A DNA stretch of 64,000 nt from Spirochaetia bacterium (GTDB taxonomy: Bacteria > Spirochaetota > Spirochaetia > CADAEX01). Numbering within the stretch: position 1 is the stretch's first letter; each line of letters starts with the position of its first letter. The DNA lies in contig OY759746.1 in the NCBI GenBank assembly GCA_963662795.1, positions 1,472,001-1,536,000 on the forward strand, written 5' to 3'. A program made the translations under genes and the position numbers. The notes under the pieces were generated by a model. It ran no database searches. It saw nothing but the letters and a program-made list of their open reading frames with translations, and was not told the DNA's origin. Below are positions 56,368 to 64,000 of this stretch, one piece after another.

Positions 56368-57568
56368 AAAGATAAACAGGAAGGAGCTATTCACCCTTGC
56401 CGGAGGCATAGCAGATGAAATTATTGAGATAAGGCATACCCTGCATGCGAATCCAGAGATTATGTTCAAAGAGAGTGAAACAGCATCGCTTATAAGGGAT
56501 TATCTTGACAGACACGGAATAAGGATTCTTAAGCCGTATCTTGAAACTGATACTACAGCTGTAATAAAGGGAAACGGACCCGGACCCGGCAGGACTGTTC
56601 TGCTCCGTGCCGATATTGACGCTCTTAAGCTGGATGAAAAAACTGATATCCCCTGGAAGTCGGTTAAAGATGGCTTTTCCCATTCCTGCGGGCATGACGG
56701 GCACACTGCGATTCTCCTTGGAGCTGCCCGTATTCTTTCAGAACTTACCGGCTCTTTTTCCGGAAACGTAAAGCTTGTTTTCCAGCCTGCAGAAGAAGAA
56801 GGAGGCGGGGGAAAAGTCCTTGTTGAAAAAGGGATCCTTGAGGATGCGCCTTATGTCGATGAAGTATACGCCCTGCACGGCTGGCCTGGCATTGCAGAAG
56901 GGTCATTCGAAAGTGCACCCGGCGCCATGATGGCAGCTGTTGATAATTTTGAAATTGAAGTTTCTGCTAAAGGGGGGCATGCGGCCATGCCTCATCTGGC
57001 ATCTGACGCTGTACTGACTGCTGCGCAGATTGTAACAGCGCTGCAGGGAATTGTTTCAAGGAATACGGATCCGAAAGATGCGGCAGTTCTTTCTGTATGT
57101 ACAATTCACGGCGGAGAGCTTAACAATGTTCTTCCGGATTCTGTAAAAATGAAGGGAACAGTCAGATATTTCAGAAAAGATATGCAGTCATTCTTTAAGG
57201 AAAGGATTACTCAGATCGTAAATGGAGTATGCTCTGCCAATATGACTTCAGGCAGTCTGAAATATATTCCCAATTATATCCCTCTTGTCAACAGCAGTGA
57301 AAAAGTACGGTTTACAGGCGATGTCATAAAAAGCATATTCGGAAAAGAGAATTGGTCGGATTCTGCCGTTCCAACGGCAGGAGGGGAGGATTTCTCCTTT
57401 TACCTTGACAAAAGACCCGGCGCATTCTACAGACTGGGGCTTGGAGTCGATTATCCTTCCCTGCACAACAGCTGTTTTGATTTTAACGACGCTGTTGTTG
57501 CCGGCGGGATTGTTTCGCTGTGCGCAATTGCACTGTGCTCGCTCGGCGTAAAGTTATCTGATTTTTGA
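56345..57568 (+). CDS. M20D family amidohydrolase
   Basis: LHANPE, LRADIDAL, HSCGHDGH, FQPAEE, GGHAAMPH, GEDF, LHN. Confidence 0.93.
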   Translation: MMSSRSSKKINRKELFTLAGGIADEIIEIRHTLHANPEIMFKESETASLIRDYLDRHGIRILKPYLETDTTAVIKGNGPGPGRTVLLRADIDALKLDEKTDIPWKSVKDGFSHSCGHDGHTAILLGAARILSELTGSFSGNVKLVFQPAEEEGGGGKVLVEKGILEDAPYVDEVYALHGWPGIAEGSFESAPGAMMAAVDNFEIEVSAKGGHAAMPHLASDAVLTAAQIVTALQGIVSRNTDPKDAAVLSVCTIHGGELNNVLPDSVKMKGTVRYFRKDMQSFFKERITQIVNGVCSANMTSGSLKYIPNYIPLVNSSEKVRFTGDVIKSIFGKENWSDSAVPTAGGEDFSFYLDKRPGAFYRLGLGVDYPSLHNSCFDFNDAVVAGGIVSLCAIALCSLGVKLSDF

Positions 57569-58510
57569 TACAAGCTGTGAAGATTCCGAGATTACCTGAA
57601 GCATTGTTTTAATCATTTCTTCGCTTATAAACGGATTGTTAAGCTCTTCAAGGACAGCGATAAGAGTTCTCTTGGTTACGAGGACCTGTTTTTCAAGTAT
57701 AACCTGTTCGTCAAAGCTGCTGTTTTCAAGCCAGGAAGTTAAAGTTTTAATGAGATTGATTGTTTTTTCCTTTACAAACCGTTTTTGTTCGGTAATTTCA
57801 GGATCTTCCTTCTGTACCGAGATCATGTCTGCTATATCGCTTATTTCAGAAATATCAAAAAATTCCTCAAGGCTTAATACAGGATTCTCAAGGAGGGCTT
57901 TGCCCCCATAAAGAAAAGCGTCACTCATCACGTCAGCAACCATCTGAAGTTTTTTATTTTTTTCAAAAACTGTTTTAAACCCGTTTTCAAGTGTATCAAC
58001 CCATTCTGCCGTATCCATATTTTTTGTATCCGGAATGTGCGTTGAAACTTTGTATATCCCTTTTTCCCAGTCATCAATTTTAAAAACAAGTGCAGTTTTC
58101 TGTATAGCCGGCCTCTGGGTGCCAGACTCAGGCAGTATAAGTGATAAATCATAAACTGTAGCACTAAGTTTATAGGTATTGCCTGCTCCGTTTAAAATTA
58201 TTCCGGAGTTCTCATGTCTGTCATCAATAAGGAGAAAAAGGAAATTTTCTTCCCCGTAAAGAGAATAAAAGGGTTTGAGTATTTCGGGATTTGCAGAAAC
58301 GGTTTTCCGGGAAATGTTCTTTCCGTTCTGATCTGTTATTTTAACGTTCCATGGCCTTACGGCGGGGTTTAGAAACGGGATAAATCTGTGGCCCGGAATA
58401 AAAACCTTATTTGAAATTTCAAGGGGGGAGAGATTAACCGTGAAAGAGCCCCCCTTGAAAAAATCTGTTTTAATACTAAAGTCTGTGCTAAAATTATTTT
58501 TTTCCATCAT
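57554..58510 (-). CDS. Hypothetical protein
   Basis: 318 aa ORF with a PGHRFIPF motif, co-directional downstream of leuD. Confidence 0.65.
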   Translation of the reverse strand: MMEKNNFSTDFSIKTDFFKGGSFTVNLSPLEISNKVFIPGHRFIPFLNPAVRPWNVKITDQNGKNISRKTVSANPEILKPFYSLYGEENFLFLLIDDRHENSGIILNGAGNTYKLSATVYDLSLILPESGTQRPAIQKTALVFKIDDWEKGIYKVSTHIPDTKNMDTAEWVDTLENGFKTVFEKNKKLQMVADVMSDAFLYGGKALLENPVLSLEEFFDISEISDIADMISVQKEDPEITEQKRFVKEKTINLIKTLTSWLENSSFDEQVILEKQVLVTKRTLIAVLEELNNPFISEEMIKTMLQVISESSQLVSKIR

Positions 58511-58539
58511 ACCCCGCCTGATTTTAATCTTCCATGAAA

Positions 58540-59061
58540 TCAGTATTTCGTATCAGCGTAATTTACCCAGCCTCCGGATGTAACAAGATCTTTGTTAAAT
58601 CCTGATATTTCAAAGCTGCATACTTTATTTATATTATTAGCATAAAACGTGATTGTCTGTTTAGCAAGGTCTGTACTGACTTCGACCCCGGTTTTTGAGC
58701 AGGTCCTGAAAATTTCTTCAATCTCAGCTTCCGGAAGCTCTATGGCAAGCATGCCGCAGTTAAACATGTTCTGCCTGAATATTCTCGCAAAACTTATCCC
58801 GATGACCATATTTATTCCGTTTACTTCAAAAGCCCAGGGGGCGTGTTCTCTTGAAGAGCCGCAACCGAAATTTGATTTTGTTATAACTACATTTTTTCCT
58901 GCAATCATGTCAACAGAAAACCCTTCGAGTTTAAGATCTTCAAGTAAATACGGTTTTAATGCTTTTTTATCAACTTCTGTAAGATATTTAGCCGGAATTA
59001 TCTCATCAGTATTTATATCGCTTCTGTCAATGAAGAGCGCTTTGCCGTTAAAATTTTTCAT
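58540..59061 (-). CDS. leuD: 3-isopropylmalate dehydratase small subunit
   Basis: DINTDEIIPAKYL, NFGCGSSREHAPW, SFARIF..N. Confidence 0.9.
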   Translation of the reverse strand: MKNFNGKALFIDRSDINTDEIIPAKYLTEVDKKALKPYLLEDLKLEGFSVDMIAGKNVVITKSNFGCGSSREHAPWAFEVNGINMVIGISFARIFRQNMFNCGMLAIELPEAEIEEIFRTCSKTGVEVSTDLAKQTITFYANNINKVCSFEISGFNKDLVTSGGWVNYADTKY

Positions 59062-59065
59062 ATTT

Positions 59066-60361
59066 TTACTGCTCCTTTCCTGTATAGAGGCTGGAATTGG
59101 TTATAAAGCCTTTTACCGCTGCTGTCGCGGCTGAAGCGGGACTCATCAGGTGAACCATCCCCCCTTTTCCCATCCTGCCGTTAAAATTCCTGTTTGTTGT
59201 TGATGCGCACACTTCGCCATCCGCAAGTACTCCGTTGCTCATCCCCAGGCATGCGCCGCAGGTCGGGTTAGTCACACAAAAACCTGCTTCCATGAAGATG
59301 TCAATAATACCCTCTTTCAGTGCCTGCGAGAATATCGCGGGGCTTGCGGGTGAGACGATCGCCCTTACGGAATCGGCAATTTTCCTGCCCTTTAGTACTC
59401 TTGCCGCAATCCGCAGGTCTTCGAGCCTGCCGTTTGTGCAGGAGCCGATATAAATCTGGTCAAGCTTTGTCCCTTCAAGCTCTGCTATAGTTTTAACCTG
59501 GTCCGGTTTGTACCCGAAAGTCGCAAGCGGCTGGAGGTCTGATATGTCATGGACAATAACTTTATCATAGACAGCGTCAGGATCGGATATCCATTTCTTG
59601 TAATCAAGGACCGCGTCATCAATTGTTTTGTAACTGTCCTTTATAAATTCCCAGAGGTATTCTGCCGTAGTTCTGTCCGGATAGCATATCCCTGATGTCC
59701 CGCCTGCCTCTACCGCCATATTGCAGAGAGTCATCCGCTCTTCCATGCTCATTTTATCTATAACCGGGCCTGTAAATTCAATAACCCTGTCTGTCGCGCC
59801 GTTTACGCCGATTTTTTTGATTACAGAAAGAATGATATCCTTGGAGTATACTCCTGATTTAAGTTTCCCCGTTATTTCAATCTTTATTGTTTTGGGACGC
59901 TGGAACGAACAAACTCCTTTTAATATTCCCACTTCAAGATCTGTAGTGCCTACTCCCGCAGCAAAAGAGCCGAATGCCCCGTGTGTACAGGTGTGGGAAT
60001 CTCCCATAATGACAGTATAACCCGGCCTCACAAAACCCTTCTCAGGGAAAATTACGTGGCATACACCGTTTCTTCCTATGTCAAAAAAGTCTTTTATGCC
60101 GTGTCTTCTTGCCCAGTTCCTTAAGATAAGCCCCTGAACTGCTGTTTTTGAATCCTTGGCAGGCGTTACATGATCGATAACCGCCTTTATTTTTGAAGGA
60201 TCAAATACAGTATCCATTCCCCTTTCCCCGAGATCGAGAATGGCAGTGGGAGTTGTGATTTCATGACAGAAAACAGCATCGAGACTGATAACAAAAATAT
60301 CATCTGCCGGCTGATCAATCTTATGCGAATCAAAAATCTTTTCCGCTATTGTTTTTCCCAT
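59066..60361 (-). CDS. leuC: 3-isopropylmalate dehydratase large subunit (LeuC/HacA type)
   Basis: GDSHTCTHGA, TLCNMAVE, IGSCTNGR, CGACLG, STTNRNF.GRMG. Confidence 0.9.
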   Translation of the reverse strand: MGKTIAEKIFDSHKIDQPADDIFVISLDAVFCHEITTPTAILDLGERGMDTVFDPSKIKAVIDHVTPAKDSKTAVQGLILRNWARRHGIKDFFDIGRNGVCHVIFPEKGFVRPGYTVIMGDSHTCTHGAFGSFAAGVGTTDLEVGILKGVCSFQRPKTIKIEITGKLKSGVYSKDIILSVIKKIGVNGATDRVIEFTGPVIDKMSMEERMTLCNMAVEAGGTSGICYPDRTTAEYLWEFIKDSYKTIDDAVLDYKKWISDPDAVYDKVIVHDISDLQPLATFGYKPDQVKTIAELEGTKLDQIYIGSCTNGRLEDLRIAARVLKGRKIADSVRAIVSPASPAIFSQALKEGIIDIFMEAGFCVTNPTCGACLGMSNGVLADGEVCASTTNRNFNGRMGKGGMVHLMSPASAATAAVKGFITNSSLYTGKEQ

Positions 60362-60434
60362 AACTTTACTCCTTTATATTCATTATTGTAAAACGCCGGA
60401 AGTCTTAAAATCCCCGGTTAAATGTATCCATGCA

Positions 60435-61004
60435 TTAAAAAATTCTCGGAGGCGAAAGGACCCATATAGCCCTGAGTGTCTCTTTCCCTGTGTTTTTAAG
60501 AATATGCGGGATGTCTGATGAAAATGAAATGCTGTCGCCCCCGGAAAGGGTGTATTCATCCGTACCGTATGTAAGACTCCCCTGCCCCTCAATAATTATC
60601 CCGATTTCGCTCCCGGGATGGCCGTATTCTATATTGCCTTTTTCCCTGCCGCTTTCTATCTCAAGCCAAACCGCCTCTACCGGCGCAGAACTTTCAGTAC
60701 CCGGGATGGAACAGAGCTGACTGTATGTGCTGCTCTGGGACTTCAGGATGTTTCCTTTGTTTCTTCTCGTGATCATCACTTTCCCCGATTTCTTGTAATC
60801 GCTGAAAAGGTAATCAATATCTATTCCCAGATAATCGGCAACCGAAAGGAGCGTATCAATCGATGGGGAAACCTTGTTTCTTTCAATCTGGCTTACCATG
60901 CTTTCGCTGATGCCCACCGCCTCTGCGACCTGACGCAGGGTTACCTGCCTGCGTTCTCTTATTGTCCTTATTTTCTCACCGAAACTGTATTCCTTCTTAA
61001 TCAA
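60435..61004 (-). CDS. XRE-family HTH regulator with C-terminal cupin
   Basis: TLRQVAEAVGISESMVSQIERNKVSPS; HPGSE...GDSISF...PH. Confidence 0.92.
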   Translation of the reverse strand: MIKKEYSFGEKIRTIRERRQVTLRQVAEAVGISESMVSQIERNKVSPSIDTLLSVADYLGIDIDYLFSDYKKSGKVMITRRNKGNILKSQSSTYSQLCSIPGTESSAPVEAVWLEIESGREKGNIEYGHPGSEIGIIIEGQGSLTYGTDEYTLSGGDSISFSSDIPHILKNTGKETLRAIWVLSPPRIF

Positions 61005-61090
61005 TAATAAAGCTCCTGAAGTATTTATAAAAATATAAACTGCATTCTATGTTTTTGTCAATAATATTTTTAAAGGCGGTAATTAGTAAA

Positions 61091-61119
61091 TTGACATAAG
61101 GAATAAGTAAAAATAGAAT
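61091..61119 (+). promoter_or_regulatory. Sigma70-type promoter
   Basis: TTGACA, 17 bp, TAGAAT. Confidence 0.65.
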
Positions 61120-61156
61120 CACACATACATAAATCAGTTTAAAAAGGAATCATTCT

Positions 61157-62488
61157 TTGACTGCATCTTCTTCGGACAGGGTTTTTCTGAACCTGAAAAC
61201 GGTAGTATTTCTGGTTTTGCTTATCACGCCGCATCTTTCATCCCAGGAAAAGTCATTAAGGTATAAACCGCATCTTGATATAACACTTTCTCCTTCCGCC
61301 GTAGTGAGCATGGTTACAGTATATCCCGGTGATGAGATCTACTCCCTCTTCGGCCACAGCTCTTTCCGGGTATATGACCCTGAAAACAGGATTGACTGGA
61401 TGTATAATTACGGAACATTTGATTTTGATGACCCTCATTTTGTTCCCAAATTTGTTTCAGGCAGACTTGAATACTATCTTGATATAAACAGTTACCAGAG
61501 CGCTTTTAAATTTTATAAATTTGTTGAAAAAAGAAAGATAGTTGAACAGGTTTTAAATCTTGATCCGGGTGAAAGACAGAAGCTTTTTGATTTTCTGCAG
61601 AATAACGGAGAAATGGAAAACCGGTTCTATAAATATGATTTTATATGGGACAACTGCTCAACCCGGATTGCCGACGCGCTTGATAAATCCCTTCCGGGCT
61701 TTGCGGATTATTCTGCCTATAAAAGCAGCGGAGAGAGCTTCAGAACAATGATCCGGCATTATCTTGTCTCCCGTCCTTTTACTGATTTCGGAATCCAGCT
61801 TGCACTGGGCTCAGGCGCTGATGCAATCCCTGAAGGCAATGAGGTTTTCTTTCTTCCTATTCCCATGATGGAAGCATTCTCGGCAGCAGTCGTGAGTAAA
61901 ATATATTCTCCCTTGCCCGGGGAAGGAAAGGGAGGCGAGCCGCTAGTAATTGAGGAACTTGTTCCCGGAGATTCAGAGAGGACTTATTCAAAGAGAGGTG
62001 ATTATCCCCTTCTTATTTTTTCATCCCTCCTTGTTTTATATGGCGTTTTATTATTTGCGTTAAACCGGAAGAAAGGCTGCGGCATCCCTGCCGGCTGCGC
62101 CAAAGCCGCACGTATAGGTATCAGGATAATTGAAAGCTTTGTATTTCTTCTTGCAGGAACGGCAGGTATTATTATTTCCTATTTGTGGTTTTTCTCAGAT
62201 CATACAATTACAGCTGCCAACTACAATCTCCTCTGGTGCACCCCGTTTAACCTGATCCTTCTTTTTACGTGGCCGGGAAAAGGCAATCCAGTCAGCGGGA
62301 GGAAGGCGTGGCGGCTAGCAGAGAGCCTGTCCCTCATCCTGTTTGCGTTATGCGTAGTTTATCTTCTTGCTTCGCTGTTCCGGGCGCAGGCTTTTCTTCC
62401 TGCCTTCCTCCCCCTTATCCTTATTCTTCTGCTGGCAGAGGGGCGGCGCGCTTCCGGTTGTTTAATCAAAGGCAACAGAGAAAGATGA
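61157..62488 (+). CDS. DUF4105 / Lnb-type lipoprotein N-acyltransferase-like membrane protein
   Basis: PGDEIYSLFGHS, YNYGTFDF, EQVLNL, YKYDFIWDNCSTR, FLP, followed by 4-5 TM helices with SDH and NYNLLW. Confidence 0.82.
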   Translation: MTASSSDRVFLNLKTVVFLVLLITPHLSSQEKSLRYKPHLDITLSPSAVVSMVTVYPGDEIYSLFGHSSFRVYDPENRIDWMYNYGTFDFDDPHFVPKFVSGRLEYYLDINSYQSAFKFYKFVEKRKIVEQVLNLDPGERQKLFDFLQNNGEMENRFYKYDFIWDNCSTRIADALDKSLPGFADYSAYKSSGESFRTMIRHYLVSRPFTDFGIQLALGSGADAIPEGNEVFFLPIPMMEAFSAAVVSKIYSPLPGEGKGGEPLVIEELVPGDSERTYSKRGDYPLLIFSSLLVLYGVLLFALNRKKGCGIPAGCAKAARIGIRIIESFVFLLAGTAGIIISYLWFFSDHTITAANYNLLWCTPFNLILLFTWPGKGNPVSGRKAWRLAESLSLILFALCVVYLLASLFRAQAFLPAFLPLILILLLAEGRRASGCLIKGNRER

Positions 62489-64000
62489 AGTTGTTATTGC
62501 TGTAATAGAGACTCCGGGATCACCGGTTTTGCTTGTAAGTGCTTCCGATGTATAATAATTTGCGTTGGGTTTTGTTGAACTGTCAGCAGAATATGCGAGG
62601 CTGCTTACTGAATTTGGGAAGGGCATCTTTGAATAGATAATACCGCTTCCCGTCCAGAGAGAGCTTCTGCCGGCGCTGTCATATGAGCTTCCGGCTTCAA
62701 CAATATTAACTCCATGAACCCGGTTGTCTCCATAGTTTACCTTATTTGAACCTATGTAGCTGTTTATAACATTTTCGTGTATGTGCGTTATCAGAATACC
62801 TGAAGCAGGTACAAAAGGCACAGTGCCTGAGGCGGCTGTTTTCTTTTCGATCAGCAGATGCTGACCCGTCCCCTCATCAAGTTCAATATTAAAAGCCTCT
62901 TTGCCAATTTCAATATCCTCAATAGTTTGTCCTGCTTTATCTGCTGTAATATCAGTAAGAGTTACCCAGTCCGAACCTCCGACCCTGTCTCTTTCCCATG
63001 CAAGAAGCGGTGCCGGATCTTTCCCGTCATCACTTCCCCAGCTTCCGCTTCCCATCAGGCTCCAGCTGCCAACTCCGCTGGTTTGTCCTGAAGTGTCGTA
63101 AAGGTCGGGCAGTCCCAGCACATGACCGAACTCATGGCAGAAAACGCCTATTGTCGGAATACCGGGGGTTTTTGTGTATTCTGGCTGGAGCGTATAGTTA
63201 TTTATTGTGACACCGTCATAATTTCTTGAGCCCTCCCCGTCGCCATAGGCTGCTGCAGATGAAAGTGTCCAGTTGTGGGACCATATACTGTCTTCTTCCC
63301 CTGTATATTCTTCCCCGGATCCGGCGTGTATTACTATAACCGTGTCCGCAATATGGTCTGCGTCATTGTCATAAACAGAAAAGTCAACACCAGCCTGTTC
63401 CGCCATGTCAACAGCTTCCCCGACAAATTTTCCAGGATACAAATCATACCCGGCAGAATCATTTGTCCCATAATACTGCCACCCTTTTGAAACACGGTAA
63501 GGCCCGACTACATCAAAAGTTAGAGTAAGTTTATCCTTGGACATATCTAAATAATACTTCTGCATTGTAAGCCCTGTACCTGTTTCAAGTATCTCTTTAT
63601 AAACAGATTTATCAGTATTGAAATAAAGGGGGTCTCCGTAATCAATTCCAGCTCCGCTTGAAGGGCAGCTCGACAATACAATAAAATATGCGCTTAGTGG
63701 CAATATCCATTTCCATTTTTTTATTACAAAGATAAATAATATGGCGGTTAACACACTTAAAAACAAAAATCCTGGCCTCCCGCTATACAGAGTCATGTTA
63801 TCATCTTTGAAACCAACAGGCGGTGTGGCTGCAACATCTGCCCCGAAATCAGCCAGTATTACCAGCACCCTGACAGTCCCTGTTGCCGGGGCAGAAGATG
63901 AGACCCGGCCCGCGGCTGAACTTCTCATCAGCGACTGGTAAAGAGGTGTATCTCCTTCCAGCGGGGCGGGAGGCCTTTCTCTTCCTGATGGATTTGTGTT
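62462..64000 (-). CDS. M6 (immune inhibitor A-like) metalloprotease, 5' end outside window
   Basis: Frame open to base 64000; VLVILADF, IHAGSGEE, IWSHNW, GVFCHEFGHVLGLPDLYD, WSLMGSGSWG. Confidence 0.9.
   Translation of the reverse strand, partial: NTNPSGRERPPAPLEGDTPLYQSLMRSSAAGRVSSSAPATGTVRVLVILADFGADVAATPPVGFKDDNMTLYSGRPGFLFLSVLTAILFIFVIKKWKWILPLSAYFIVLSSCPSSGAGIDYGDPLYFNTDKSVYKEILETGTGLTMQKYYLDMSKDKLTLTFDVVGPYRVSKGWQYYGTNDSAGYDLYPGKFVGEAVDMAEQAGVDFSVYDNDADHIADTVIVIHAGSGEEYTGEEDSIWSHNWTLSSAAAYGDGEGSRNYDGVTINNYTLQPEYTKTPGIPTIGVFCHEFGHVLGLPDLYDTSGQTSGVGSWSLMGSGSWGSDDGKDPAPLLAWERDRVGGSDWVTLTDITADKAGQTIEDIEIGKEAFNIELDEGTGQHLLIEKKTAASGTVPFVPASGILITHIHENVINSYIGSNKVNYGDNRVHGVNIVEAGSSYDSAGRSSLWTGSGIIYSKMPFPNSVSSLAYSADSSTKPNANYYTSEALTSKTGDPGVSITAITTSSFSVAFD

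Overview
A 64 kb gene-dense chromosomal segment, most likely from a free-living Spirochaetota. That inference rests on the Treponema/Spirochaeta-type STAS-zinc-finger protein and spirochete-style lipoproteins. I see no rRNA, tRNA, CRISPR array, prophage or transposase. From left to right it contains: a LolCDE/LolA-like ABC-barrel module; a surface-glycan locus (sulfotransferase-like, Gnu-like epimerase, ugd, a YidC-sulfatase fusion, TagF-like, TagD-like, UDP-GlcA epimerase); thrC and aspartokinase; murA; a ~500 bp intergenic DnaA-box cluster with no dnaA nearby; thyA-folA; adk; a REC-PP2C/STAS pair behind a structured leader with an in-frame uORF; an RpiR-associated sugar-phosphate locus with three phosphohexomutase paralogs, four HAD enzymes, an orphan MalK and a PfkB kinase; MoxR-DUF58-DUF4129; add; leuCD; an Lnb/DUF4105 protein; and an M6 protease with an inserted membrane hairpin. 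The best candidates for undescribed systems are (1) the YidC-fusion / procoat-like anchored TagF module and (2) the triple-phosphomutase HAD pathway. The orphan DnaA-box cluster and the SD-sequestering RNA leader come next. All family calls come from motif recognition by eye, not database searches.
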